DNA of 64,000 nt, taken from IMG/VR virus record IMGVR_UViG_3300029258_001887. One strand, given 5' to 3'. Of this stretch, positions 8,208 to 18,639 are shown in pieces; the first letter of the stretch is position 1, and each line of letters opens with the position of its first letter. Source of the stretch: a virus. The notes beneath the pieces are model-generated. The model made no database searches. It was given only the letters and a program-made list of their open reading frames with translations, and was not told the DNA's origin. The position numbers and the translations under genes were made by a program.

Positions 8208-8810
8208 TCAGATCACGAGACTTTTTTGCAGCCCCATGACCAGCAGAGACTCAATGCTGACTTCCCTCTCCGGTGGCTCTGGAGGACCATAGTCCTGACA
8301 ATAATCCGACTCGTATTCCGGCGTCACTAGGTCGGTAACCACATCCACTTCAACGAGGTCGCTGTGCTCGAACAACCCCTTCACCGTAGCCGGGACACAA
8401 GCGTCACCGTAGACGCCGCAGACGAGAAGATGGTTGGACCACTTCGGATGCCCCCTCAGACAATCGACGACTTCCTCGCCGCCGTCCTCACAGTTCTTAA
8501 TGACCGTATCGACGTGTGGGTAGTCGCCAATCTCATCCACGATCTGTTGCGTCGTGCGACCCAAACCACCAAACTCAACCAGAACGATTCCCCACTGGTT
8601 GGTTTTAGCCAGACGCACCAAGTCGCAGGTTCCGATGATGAGTTCCTGGAATGAACCATCATACCCTCGGCAAGAATCTTTGCCGATGAAGTAATCCTGC
8701 ATGTCTACGATTACGACTGTTCTTTCCGGTGTGTGTTCGGTGCTGTCGCTAGACATCATCTTGCGGAGCCGCTGATGCGCCAGATACCGAGCCCTCTCGA
8801 ATGCGTGCAT
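8208..8810 (-). CDS. isochorismatase/cysteine hydrolase family protein
   Basis: VVIVDMQDYF, K, CGVYGDACV (D-K-C triad pattern). Confidence 0.8.
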   Translation of the reverse strand: MHAFERARYLAHQRLRKMMSSDSTEHTPERTVVIVDMQDYFIGKDSCRGYDGSFQELIIGTCDLVRLAKTNQWGIVLVEFGGLGRTTQQIVDEIGDYPHVDTVIKNCEDGGEEVVDCLRGHPKWSNHLLVCGVYGDACVPATVKGLFEHSDLVEVDVVTDLVTPEYESDYCQDYGPPEPPEREVSIESLLVMGLQKSLVI

Positions 8811-8836
8811 AGTTAGTCCCCTATGGAGCGCCTTAC

Positions 8837-9061
8837 TTACCCGTGCGGTGAGAAGAACAACTCTTCTTCTCCGTTGATATATGACGACAGTGCGTCGAGG
8901 GTTTCCACTGAATTGTCCGGCAGAGACAGCAATTTGCCTATCTCTCTGATCTGCTGTTTCTCTTCTTCGGTACGATTCCAGTAGCCGTCGCCGACGATAC
9001 ACTGAAGTTCATCCGCCGCTCTATCTTTAGCGACCTGGACCTTCTGTTCAATTGTCAGCAC
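8837..9061 (-). CDS. hypothetical protein
   Basis: GTG start with AGGAG RBS. Confidence 0.5.
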   Translation of the reverse strand: MLTIEQKVQVAKDRAADELQCIVGDGYWNRTEEEKQQIREIGKLLSLPDNSVETLDALSSYINGEEELFFSPHG

Positions 9062-9212
9062 AGTGAATCTCCTAACAAAAGAAGTTGGAAGCCCACCCTT
9101 TGTTTACACACCCTTTACCGCAGCGGTGGGCTACTGCGTCGTGGGGTGAATATTCATTTTTTTCTCCAAAATCGAACCCAGATGGTGTATAATAGACACG
9201 AAGGAGGTTCGA

Positions 9213-9890
9213 ATGAAAACGAAAGAAAAATTAGAAGCTAGACGGATAAGAATCGAGGAGCAGCTTTCTATCAAGGCGATAGCCGCTCGACTCGACGTTG
9301 CCAAGAGCACGGTTAGTCTTTGGGTGCGAGACTTGCCACTTTCGGAAGAGATACTGCAACAGAAACAGTTAGTCGGTGCTACCAGAGGGGGCAAAACTCG
9401 TGCCGACAACGCCAGAGCTATCAGGAGAGAATACCAGCAGGCTGGGAGAGAAATGGCCATTAGCTTGGAAGATGATCCTCTTTTCGTCGCAGGATGTATG
9501 ATGCATTGGGCAGAGGGTGATAAAAATAAGAACCTAGCTGGGATCAGCAACACCAGTCCACATTTTCTTCGCTTTTGGTTAAGATTTCTGCGACGATTTT
9601 TCGAGGTAGAGCCTAAAGACATGGCTCTCCATATCTACTGCTACCTTGGCAACGGCAAGACGCAACAGCAGATCGAGCGATACTGGCTGAAGCAACTCGA
9701 CCTGCCACGGTCATGCTTGAGGAAGACGACAGTTGTGACCAAACACAGATTCAGCACATTTGCCAAAAAGAACAAACACCCGTATGGTGTTGCCCATCTG
9801 AGGACGGGATCAACAGAAGTGGTCCAAAAGATATGGGGGGCTATCAAGCTACTTGCAGACATTGACGAAGAAGACCAATGGTTAGATTGA
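9213..9890 (+). CDS. HTH plus LAGLIDADG-like endonuclease-family protein
   Basis: N-terminal HTH (SIKAIAARLDVAKSTVSLW), AGCMMHWAEGDK helix, SNTSP; antisense insertion with its own GGTGTATAAT at 9184-9193. Confidence 0.7.
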   Translation: MKTKEKLEARRIRIEEQLSIKAIAARLDVAKSTVSLWVRDLPLSEEILQQKQLVGATRGGKTRADNARAIRREYQQAGREMAISLEDDPLFVAGCMMHWAEGDKNKNLAGISNTSPHFLRFWLRFLRRFFEVEPKDMALHIYCYLGNGKTQQQIERYWLKQLDLPRSCLRKTTVVTKHRFSTFAKKNKHPYGVAHLRTGSTEVVQKIWGAIKLLADIDEEDQWLD

Positions 9891-9891
9891 A

Positions 9892-9964
9892 TGCCCCTGA
9901 CCGGGTACGATCCGGTATCTGCGGCTTGAAGGGCCGCTGTCCTATCCATTTAGACGACAGGGGC
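9892..9964 (-). tRNA. tRNA-Glu(TTC), atypical; CCA not encoded
   Basis: GCCCCTG/CAGGGGC acceptor, GTCT..GG..AGGAC D arm, GCGGC-CCTTCAA-GCCGC anticodon arm, ACCGG-ATCGTAC-CCGGT T arm; 73 nt. Confidence 0.85.
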
Positions 9965-9968
9965 AAAG

Positions 9969-10075
9969 GCGTGAGTGCTGGGGTCCGTAGCGCGCATCCA
10001 CTTTCCCCCTTGGCTGACCGATGGATCGAAAAGGGGTAAACGATTCCAACTAGGTCAGTTTACTACCACTCACGC
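9969..10075 (-). ncRNA. candidate structured RNA with two pseudoknots
   Basis: 9-bp closing stem, two internal hairpins and two cross-pairings in 107 nt of non-coding DNA directly 5' of the tRNA. Confidence 0.5.
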
Positions 10076-10084
10076 TCTTTTTAC

Positions 10085-10285
10085 TTAGATTCCTGCTCCG
10101 ATTTCGGCTGGTTCTTTGACTGGTTCGGCAAGTCCGAATCTGATTATCAGTTTTGGGCTGTTGAACACGAGTTTTTTTACGGTTCTAGGCCACTCGTGCA
10201 TATGGGCGACGAATTCTTCATCGCTTCCATACCGATTGCGGACTGAGTTCAGTTTGCTCCACAATTCCGGTCTGTTGATGTACAT
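10085..10285 (-). CDS. hypothetical protein
   Basis: ORF track; co-oriented array. Confidence 0.5.
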   Translation of the reverse strand: MYINRPELWSKLNSVRNRYGSDEEFVAHMHEWPRTVKKLVFNSPKLIIRFGLAEPVKEPAEIGAGI

Positions 10286-10296
10286 GATGTTGTTCT

Positions 10297-10584
10297 CTAC
10301 AGAGAGACAGCGTACCCGTCGTCATCCTCAACAGGCGTATCGCTAGCGGGGTGATACATGCGACACCACACGTCTACCCAGTCAGCACCACACTTACGAC
10401 AGGACACCTTCTGTTCAACCATCGGATTGCCGTGGTCATCTTTCAACCCATGGACATTGGGCTCTAGTGGCCCAATCGGATCGACCGTGTGTTTTGCGCC
10501 ACAACAGACACACGTATCTTCACACGCCGTCCACCCATCGAACAGCTTGGTTGCCGTTCGTCTTTCATACAGTCTTAACTCCAT
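10297..10584 (-). CDS. Zn-ribbon hypothetical protein
   Basis: CVCCG...CRKCG. Confidence 0.55.
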   Translation of the reverse strand: MELRLYERRTATKLFDGWTACEDTCVCCGAKHTVDPIGPLEPNVHGLKDDHGNPMVEQKVSCRKCGADWVDVWCRMYHPASDTPVEDDDGYAVSL

Positions 10585-10834
10585 CTGACACCCCTTCCGG
10601 TTGTTTGACCATGTTTTGGAGAATCTCCATCATGGCACGATACCTGCGCTTACACTGCATATAGCCAAACCAGTACCCGACGACGAATATCAGGATTCGG
10701 ATGGCAGCAGCGACTTCTGGTGAATCCATCATCTTATACACCCCAAAGAGCAGAAACGACAAGGTAAATCAAGTACCACATCAAAAGGGCCACTGGCAAA
10801 CCAACGATAAGCCCCTGGAACACGCCATTTGGCC

Positions 10835-10984
10835 TCATGATACTTTTACCTCCCAGTCTACGACGCTGTACATATACGGGTCTTTTTGATTTTCCACCCA
10901 CTTGTAAGCCAATTCCTTGGTGCTGAAGACTTCGACTACATAGTAATCCTCAACACCGTGCCGTTCGACCAACCAAACGGTCAT
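10835..10984 (-). CDS. small hypothetical protein (not in ORF track)
   Basis: MTVWLVERHGVEDYYVVEVFSTKELAYKWV.. with ATGA overlaps on both sides. Confidence 0.5.
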   Translation of the reverse strand: MTVWLVERHGVEDYYVVEVFSTKELAYKWVENQKDPYMYSVVDWEVKVS

Positions 10985-11325
10985 GACATTCCCCCTATCG
11001 GTGCCGACTGTAGCTTACGGAGACCAGACAGGACTACCCCGACCATCGTCTCGAATGCTTCGTCGAGCGTGCGCCTCTCTCCGACATATGGTACTCCGGT
11101 CTCGAACCAGTTTCCGTAGACAACAAAACAGTGGCCATCGATTCCTGGCGCTGTGTGACCGACGACGATCCAGCAATCCTTCCCGTTGAACATCTCGTGT
11201 GCGCTACTGAGCGCCCAGCGTGGTACTTGTAGAGGATGTACCGAGACGCATACCTCAAGCGACCGTTCCTTTCTTGCACGATTGAGCCACTTGACCCGAC
11301 ACTGAAAGCCGTGGAATTCGACCAT
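10981..11325 (-). CDS. hypothetical protein
   Basis: Start MVEFHG coupled to the upstream stop. Confidence 0.5.
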   Translation of the reverse strand: MVEFHGFQCRVKWLNRARKERSLEVCVSVHPLQVPRWALSSAHEMFNGKDCWIVVGHTAPGIDGHCFVVYGNWFETGVPYVGERRTLDEAFETMVGVVLSGLRKLQSAPIGGMS

Positions 11326-11951
11326 CACTTGCTCACTTTCATAGGACGCGGTGCCATGCGCCACCCGCACAATAGACAGGGATCGTAGTCTGGTAACCGC
11401 AACGGTGCTTTCGGCAACTTGAAATGACGGACCACGATTTCAACGATGCGATCGATCTGATCGCACATCTCTTGGTCCAGGTAGTCTGGCGAGACACAAA
11501 AGACAGCAGCAGTGATCGGCGTTTTCAACTCCGACAGACGATGTTTGCCACGAACGGAATGTACTATACCTCTGTCGGACAACCATGTTTCTGCTTCCGG
11601 CCAATCGCAGAATTCGCCATGCCCGTGATGGACCCATGTATACCGACGATACCACTCTGGCGGGATTCGATATCCCCAGACGCCACAGTTGACTTCGGCC
11701 CCATCCGGGTCATATGGAGCACAATTGACATAGTAGTCGTGGTGCTCATCAATGTTGACGAGATTGAACGGGACAGGGACGGTGCCATTTCTTACCCATC
11801 TACGCAGTTGCCCGAGAAATTCGTGGTGTTCGACTGTCATGATAGTAGGGGTCTTGCGTGGAATGTGCTTGAGCAACCCACGAATCTTGCTGGCAGGATC
11901 GTCCGAGCCATTGAGCCAATCGAGATCGACACTTACGACTGTACCTTTCAT
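11325..11951 (-). CDS. UPF0489/arginase-deacetylase-fold metallohydrolase
   Basis: SVDLDW, EHHE, NIDEHHD, SPDY motifs. Confidence 0.65.
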   Translation of the reverse strand: MKGTVVSVDLDWLNGSDDPASKIRGLLKHIPRKTPTIMTVEHHEFLGQLRRWVRNGTVPVPFNLVNIDEHHDYYVNCAPYDPDGAEVNCGVWGYRIPPEWYRRYTWVHHGHGEFCDWPEAETWLSDRGIVHSVRGKHRLSELKTPITAAVFCVSPDYLDQEMCDQIDRIVEIVVRHFKLPKAPLRLPDYDPCLLCGWRMAPRPMKVSK

Positions 11952-12433
11952 GCCACCACCCCCTCTTTGCGAAGTTGTTCCACTTCGAGAATGTCATCCA
12001 TCAAAGGCGTTAGCGGAATTCCTTCGTATTGATCCCAGCTACCAAATTCAGTAAAGTTTTGGTACAGGACAATCCCCACACACTGCGTGTTGTTGTAGAC
12101 TGCCTCGACAGCGTTGCGGATATTTCTGACTGTATCGCCAGACGAGATAAGGTCATCGACAATAACGTATCTGCCGAGTTGTTTGTCTGACGACTCTATC
12201 CGTCTTTGGGAATGACTTCCGCCATCCATATACGAACTTTCCGCATCCCACAGCTTACGAACGATGGCGAAAGGAATACCAGTCCGCATTGACACAGCCA
12301 TCAGGACTACTGCGCCACTGATTCCTGTACCGACTAAGCATTCAGGACGATCGAACTTGGGGTCGTTCAGCGCATGACAGATTGCATCGACAGTCGCTTC
12401 CGGCGACTGGAATGCATTGCTGAAATAGCACAT
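11948..12433 (-). CDS. type I phosphoribosyltransferase-like protein
   Basis: PRPP-binding loop YVIVDDLISSGDT; GISG; IVRK. Confidence 0.8.
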   Translation of the reverse strand: MCYFSNAFQSPEATVDAICHALNDPKFDRPECLVGTGISGAVVLMAVSMRTGIPFAIVRKLWDAESSYMDGGSHSQRRIESSDKQLGRYVIVDDLISSGDTVRNIRNAVEAVYNNTQCVGIVLYQNFTEFGSWDQYEGIPLTPLMDDILEVEQLRKEGVVA

Positions 12434-12807
12434 GGTTTATCCCCTTTTATTGACCGCACTTTTCTCCAAAAAAGGTATCGAGCAGGTCGTTGAGCGACTG
12501 CGTTTCATGCTCGCCCATTTGGCGATCTGACTGGTTCTCATACATCTCCCTGACCGCCAGAGTCATTTCTTGTAACATCGCATCGTACTGGCCGGAATCC
12601 ATAAGACCCCCTTTCTAAAGGTGTTTGGGAACAGACTGGGCACCGAGTGCGGCGTCACTATGATTACTCACCTTCGCTCCGTGCGCACGGATTGACAGGT
12701 CGAGCCTTTCCCGCCGTGAGTCCACGATTAACCGCGCGGTGGCGACGGGCATTTTCCCCCCAGTCTTTTCAGAGTGGCTAACTCCCAGTCCGTTGCCAAA
12801 CACCCTT

Positions 12808-13047
12808 CTACCGAAGAGGTACTGTGGTCCGACTTTGGTCCAAACCACACACCATGTCCTGACCACATTCTTCGCACTCTGTCACAGTGATCGGCCACGC
12901 CGAGCATTGATCCAGTGTTTTAACGTGACCACACGGACACTGGTACTTTGCCCGAAACGCAGTGTGTTCGCCACACCAACCGTAATTGGCTGTGCATGTG
13001 TGCAGTCCGACACGACGTTGACCTATCGGTTTCAGTTCGATTTTCAT
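12808..13047 (-). CDS. Zn-finger hypothetical protein
   Basis: CPCGH...CEECG. Confidence 0.5.
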   Translation of the reverse strand: MKIELKPIGQRRVGLHTCTANYGWCGEHTAFRAKYQCPCGHVKTLDQCSAWPITVTECEECGQDMVCGLDQSRTTVPLR

Positions 13048-13237
13048 GGTCTAATCCTCGTACAAATCGAGTTCGGCGCGCAGGAAGACTGAATCGTTGT
13101 TGTCTGGGGTGAAGATTTCTTCTAACTCTCCATCCCGCACATTACAGCCGATGTCTCCTAGCACCACGATTCTGTCCTGTGGAACCGCTGACAGTTTTTC
13201 TATCAGTTCTTTGACTGTCATTTAGTTTTCTCCATGC

Positions 13238-13540
13238 CTATTCGCAACTGATTCGACCGCGCACACAGTAATCGTGGACACGATCTATCACTTCCGTCTT
13301 GACTGTGAACTCGTAGGCATCATCCGGTAGTGGCTGGACAGAGAATGGAGTAGACAGCCATACCAGATAACCAGCGAGATTCTGTGCGCCAGCTTCCTTG
13401 GCGACGACAATGTGTTCAGTCAGCGAATCACCCCAGTCGCCATTGGCCAACTCAGTTATCAACTGTTTCGCGGCATCGTTGTCGCCTGCCCTGGCTTTTG
13501 CAGCAAGTTGTTTTAGGTGTTTATCCTGTCTTCTTGACAT
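13238..13540 (-). CDS. hypothetical protein
   Basis: GGAG RBS; ORF track. Confidence 0.55.
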   Translation of the reverse strand: MSRRQDKHLKQLAAKARAGDNDAAKQLITELANGDWGDSLTEHIVVAKEAGAQNLAGYLVWLSTPFSVQPLPDDAYEFTVKTEVIDRVHDYCVRGRISCE

Positions 13541-13954
13541 CGTGTTTCTCCAGAAAGAGAGGGGTAGGGCGGTCCAAGCGGTCGTCGGCTGACAAGGCGA
13601 TCAACCCTTGACCCGCGACTTTGCCCGCCCAAACCCCAAGACTAGGAATGTGGCTGGTGGTGTTTCATTGGCGTCTCCCGTCGTGAACCGCTGCCTCTTC
13701 GATCGGCGACTCATCCTGGCCGCAATCCAACCGACGACCCACGGTCGCCCCCGACGATCCTCGACTCCCACCTACATACTACTGTAGCCACCATTTCGCA
13801 CCGCTGCGCCAGCGATGCCCCAGTCTACTCACCATGAACATAGTCGATGGCGTCTACGATCTCAGGCAGACTACCCTCGAAGTGAAGCCCCACCATGCCA
13901 CACTTCGGACAAACATCCATGTTGTCGTGATCTGGGTGGGGCACTGTTTTCGTA

Positions 13955-14182
13955 CTACACTCTGGGCATACCATACAACGATCTCCATGGACTGGTTGAC
14001 TTGATATCCTTTTCCCTGAAGCCCCAGTCGTCTCCCCCATGCAGGTAGTAGACTGGTTCGCCGTCGATGATTTCGACAAGGCCAATCTGGAAAACCATCC
14101 CAGGAGGCGCAGGGACACCAGCCTTATAGGCTTCGTCGGTCACGATATGAACCATGTCACCGACTTTGAACTTGGGTTTCAT
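13955..14182 (-). CDS. SH3/KOW-like small protein
   Basis: MKPKFKVGDMVHI pattern. Confidence 0.5.
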   Translation of the reverse strand: MKPKFKVGDMVHIVTDEAYKAGVPAPPGMVFQIGLVEIIDGEPVYYLHGGDDWGFREKDIKSTSPWRSLYGMPRV

Positions 14183-14217
14183 TGGCCGTCCCCCCAGAAA
14201 AACAGACACACCGTAAA

Positions 14218-14394
14218 CTAGACTTCATCCATTTGGTTTTTTGCAGCCGCTTCACGCTTCCGCCGACGATGCAGGCGGTTGCCCTTACACCACTCGCAAG
14301 ACCCGTGGTTCCTGCACGAACAGTCGAATGCCTTGGATTTCCGGTACTTCTTCCGCTTTTCCTTCCCGTGCTCGATTCCCTTGTCCAGAGACAT
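14218..14394 (-). CDS. conserved small basic Zn-binding phage protein
   Basis: MSLDKGIEHGKEKRK..DCSCRNHGSCEWCKGNRLH. Confidence 0.65.
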   Translation of the reverse strand: MSLDKGIEHGKEKRKKYRKSKAFDCSCRNHGSCEWCKGNRLHRRRKREAAAKNQMDEV

Positions 14395-14407
14395 GACTGG
14401 CTCCATG

Positions 14408-14680
14408 CTACCGACGCGAATGCTTGGGGACATTCCCCGCGTGATGAGCACCCTCAAGGTGGTTCAGACCCCGGATGCGCTTCTGACAGACAGGACACCG
14501 CTGGCCGACCTTGACCACGATATCCTTCCCTTCGTCGTCCTGCCCGATGACGATCGGCTCGCCGTGGTGGACGTTACTGCCTTGCTGGCGATGGTGAGCC
14601 TGCTCCAGATGGACGCCGCGATCAGACAGTACCTGGTGCGGAACCGGACCCTTTTTGGTGTTCTTCTGCTTTTTCGCCAT
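14408..14680 (-). CDS. basic hypothetical protein
   Basis: MAKKQK.. with CPVC/H-H motif. Confidence 0.5.
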   Translation of the reverse strand: MAKKQKNTKKGPVPHQVLSDRGVHLEQAHHRQQGSNVHHGEPIVIGQDDEGKDIVVKVGQRCPVCQKRIRGLNHLEGAHHAGNVPKHSRR

Positions 14681-14900
14681 GACTTTCCCCTTTGGGTTGT
14701 AGGTGCCTATTCGTACAATGACGGATCGGCGACCCAACTGATGAGCCGCAGACCCCGTTCCGTTCGCTGCGCGATGTCGTATGCCCCGCGCCTGCGCCTG
14801 ACACAGAAGACTACAGCCTGGCGCATGGTGACCTGCTGACGGACAACCACGCCATCCCAAGTGACGACACAATACTTCCGTTCTGATTCGATGACCATCA

Positions 14901-15281
14901 TCACATCCTCGGATCGATTTCCTCGTCGTCGTTCCCCGGACACCCGCCGCAGTCGCAATCGTCTTCGTTATCATCGTTCCATTGGCAGTCCTGACAGTGT
15001 TGGCACTCATCACAGCCACAGTTGAAGCCGTCGCACTGGTGATGATCACCACACTCCTTCGGTTCATCCTGCTGGTGGACTTCCCACGTCAGACGACCCT
15101 TCGGAGTCTCCAGGATAGCCCGGTCGATTTCGACACTGTGGATCATCCGGCCCATCAGTCTCAGCGCCGAATCTTCGGACTCGACTTCCTGCCTATCCGT
15201 GCCGTTGGCCCGAACGAATGCATTAGCATTGAAATTCGTACTCGTTTTGTTCCAGACGGTCAACACGTTCATGGTAGACAC
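14901..15281 (-). CDS. hypothetical protein with Cys/acidic tail
   Basis: ORF track; GGGG RBS. Confidence 0.5.
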   Translation of the reverse strand: MSTMNVLTVWNKTSTNFNANAFVRANGTDRQEVESEDSALRLMGRMIHSVEIDRAILETPKGRLTWEVHQQDEPKECGDHHQCDGFNCGCDECQHCQDCQWNDDNEDDCDCGGCPGNDDEEIDPRM

Positions 15282-15319
15282 CCCCTTGTGTAGAAAACGT
15301 TTCCACGACTTCTTGTCGA

Positions 15320-15559
15320 TCAGACGACCTGGAATACTCGTCGCCCGTATGACGCGATATCATCCAGTTCGCGCGCATCGATCGACCCGTCAAAACATAC
15401 GACCTGATACCTGACGAATGCCGCTAGGGCATCCAGTGTGACTGTGATCGGGGCGAACCCAGGCAGCGCACACCCGCTGAATATGCTGGTATCGACCCCG
15501 GACAGATCAGCGTCAGACCGTGCGATTTCGAGCGCTGTCGATAGTTCTTGCTTGGTCAT
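15320..15559 (-). CDS. hypothetical protein
   Basis: MTKQELS start with GAGG RBS. Confidence 0.5.
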   Translation of the reverse strand: MTKQELSTALEIARSDADLSGVDTSIFSGCALPGFAPITVTLDALAAFVRYQVVCFDGSIDARELDDIASYGRRVFQVV

Positions 15560-16087
15560 GGTTTTCAACCATCCTCTATGACTGTGGTTGATCCAAACCA
15601 CTCAGTTATTACTGCCGCATACGGCTCACTGGTATCACGACCAGACTCAGGACCAATGTCGATGATCCTGATCCCATTGATTCTCATCGCATTAACGATG
15701 TCATCAATGGTGAGCCTAGACAGATCGATTCCGCATGTTTCCATTGAGTTTTCCTTACTAATACCGAAGTCCCCACCGACCCCAGCCAAGCCCCACTTAC
15801 GGACATTACGGCATCGGCACTGTGAAACTACCGATGCTATATCCAGTGACTTTCCCCCCTACAAGGGTCTTTCCTGTTATTCTACTCTCATCGCCCCATT
15901 CTGATTTTGTCTTCTTCGGCGAACAGTGAACGGCAGTTTGCCAGAACGACCCAGACTGCCCAGACAGACCAAACACAGACTGCTCCAGACAGCCACACCG
16001 CAGCCCAGCACGCAGCCACGAGCCGCCGTGCAAACCGCTTGACGGATTCATCGACCCCGACAGCCGGATCAGGTACAGTTTCCATTT

Positions 16088-16633
16088 TCATACCGCCCCC
16101 CTCGCTTTCCGTTCGAGACTGGCGATCATTTCCGCTCTGGCTTTGCGCTCTCTCCGCAGCATCCGGCGACGTGGTTGTTTCTTGATTCGAGCCAGTTCCT
16201 TCTGCGCCTTGACCACTTCCGGGTCACGTTGCGCCATCTGGATTTCGGCAGACGAGACCAGACCACACCTGCCCCCATCGACCCGCCTTGGCCTACGGGT
16301 AGCCGTCGCGTTCGCCGACTTCCGCCGAACCAGCGTGTGGCGTTTCTTCTTGAATTGTCCGTCGAGCCCGACTTCCATCTGCACTTCAGACTGGCCCTTG
16401 CGCCGTGTCGTGAATCCCATCCGACCATCGCCGCACTTGATCCTCTGCCAGTCTTCCCCGCCGAACCGCTTGCCGCCCTTGACCGGGACGCAGAACTCAG
16501 ACCGGGCGAACCGATTACTCTCGGCCCACTGCCGCGCCTCCCCTTCGAGACGATTGTACCCGTACCCGTCCCCGCAGCTTGTAGCGCCGGGTTTTTCGCG
16601 TTTACAGCACCGACAAGGCTGTTTCTCGGACAT
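16088..16633 (-). CDS. basic hypothetical protein
   Basis: GGGG RBS; first gene of the leftward cluster. Confidence 0.55.
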   Translation of the reverse strand: MSEKQPCRCCKREKPGATSCGDGYGYNRLEGEARQWAESNRFARSEFCVPVKGGKRFGGEDWQRIKCGDGRMGFTTRRKGQSEVQMEVGLDGQFKKKRHTLVRRKSANATATRRPRRVDGGRCGLVSSAEIQMAQRDPEVVKAQKELARIKKQPRRRMLRRERKARAEMIASLERKARGAV

Positions 16634-18072
16634 TTTGTACCCCCTTTGTAGTACAAGACGTTAGCTAGCGCCACCACACGACGATAGCCCACAAGATTCA
16701 AGGAATCAGGTACGCTTTTTGTATCTAGCGCCACCCTCACCCACTCTGCCCCACGCGCCACCACCAACCCCCACCGACCAGTGCAGAATCGTATATAGGA
16801 ACACACACAGGCCAAACTAGACTAGGATCGCTCTTGACTTTGCAGTGCTTCGCAACCCCGTTTTTGACCCTGTGAGCCCCGATTTTGCGCCAGTCAGCTA
16901 TCATGCCCCCACTAACAAGAACACCAAGCCCCACGCAAGCCTGAGCGAGCCAGCGTTTCTTGAAGCTCGATTTTGTACCTGCATCAGAGGCACACCAAGA
17001 CTACCCCGAAAAACCCCGGAAAGTCTCAAAAAAACCCCGGATAGTTTCTCAGGACAAGGTGTAGTTTGAAAGGGTCGATAACAGCGCCAGCAGCGCAGCA
17101 AGAAATCCCTGACGAGAACGCACAGTCGATGCCGTAGAGGCTTGGACCTATGCGCCCATCAGGGACTTTTTGCCACGCTGCCAGACCGTAATCTGACAAC
17201 GTGACTTTATGACTCACGCCCCGGTGAATTCTCGCTGGCAATTCATGACTCCGGGACGGTCTCGTTGGAGTCTTGTTTTAACGACTGATCGAGTCGAGAC
17301 TGCCGCGCCAGTGCGGTGGTTCAGTTTATTCAACCCGTCCGTCGTGTCGTGTCGTTCGGCTACATCAGAATCGGGCAGACGCTATCACACAGCGCGCCAC
17401 GAGACTGAGCCATTCCAACAAACCTAGAACCGCGCCACTATCCAACCCGCCGACCCTCGCGCCCTCAGCAGGGACGTTTCAGACCTTTGCGAAAGAAATC
17501 GTTGTGACGAAATTTACAGGGTTTGTTATTGGAAATGCCTATCCCACGACAATGTTTGAAGCCTACACCAGACGTTACGGCGGATTCCCATGACGGACCG
17601 TAGAATAGTCAACACGACTTGTCCTTTTGCGTCTTGCTGCCCCAATGCTGAATCGGAGCCCATTGCCAGACGTACAAGGAATCGTGCAGACGATTCGCCA
17701 CTTATCCCGCCCACGCCATGACGGCGCAGACCGAGCCCGCATTTCGGACTCTGCGTTTTGCCGCTGCTCAGGACTGGCGTTCGACCGATAACCGTTGACC
17801 CTTTTCAGACCCGGAGCGCACGTCCTGCGCGCCTGACAGACCCTACCGAGGCGACTATCGGACTACTACCCAACCCCTTCCGGGAATACCCGACGCTTAT
17901 CGGACCCCCCGCTGTGGTTGGTTATGGGAACCGCTGACCCTAGATGGTGGGCCTATAACGACAGGGTGCTACCCTGACAAGCGATTCAATCCAGACTTTA
18001 AGCCTGAATGCCCATCGGTCCACGCCCCCAGCGCTCGACTAGGGGCGCGGTGCGGCAGGCACTCCGCAGAGA

Positions 18073-18384
18073 CTACTTGCCCAGTGCGCTGAACGCCTTG
18101 CGAGTAGCGCCGACGCTGTTCCGGCGACCGAGCAGACTCTCGGCAATCACCGCAGCATTATCGGAGCCGAACCCGAGACTCTTATCGGGCGTGTACCCCG
18201 CGCCTTCCTCGATCTGACGCTCCAAGACTTCCCACGCTTCCGTGAGCGCGGCGATGGCGTCGTCGAGACTGTCGTACCCGGACGCGGCATCGACGATGCG
18301 CTTCGCGCCACGGTAGACGGCAGCGTTGGCCAGAAAAGTATCGGACCCAAACTCGACCTGCGTTCCGGTGGCATTATCGGACAT
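18073..18384 (-). CDS. hypothetical early protein
   Basis: GGGAG RBS; downstream of a sigma70 promoter. Confidence 0.55.
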   Translation of the reverse strand: MSDNATGTQVEFGSDTFLANAAVYRGAKRIVDAASGYDSLDDAIAALTEAWEVLERQIEEGAGYTPDKSLGFGSDNAAVIAESLLGRRNSVGATRKAFSALGK

Positions 18385-18610
18385 CTTACGTCTCCCTACA
18401 GGTGACGCCCGTCCCATTATGCCCAGACTACCCCGTCCAGACTATAGGACGGGCAAGTAGTGAACCAGACACAGAACAGTTATTCGGACCTACATTGCAC
18501 AGGCCACTTATTATCGGCGGTTCTGATAACCGCGTCGGGTTGCGTCCGAAAACACGCGCCGGACCCCAACGTCCGTTTTCGTGTTCTCGTTTTCTTTAAT
18601 CTTACATTAT

Positions 18611-18639
18611 ACTATACCCCTAGTTATACAAAAGGTCAA
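18611..18639 (-). promoter_or_regulatory. sigma70-type promoter TTGACC-N17-TATAGT
   Basis: Consensus match with upstream A-tract. Confidence 0.6.

Noticed and set aside
9892-9964. Opal suppressor or Sec tRNA (TCA in loop)
   Set aside because: The 5-bp stem centres TTC in the 7-nt loop; the D arm and short variable loop are Glu-like
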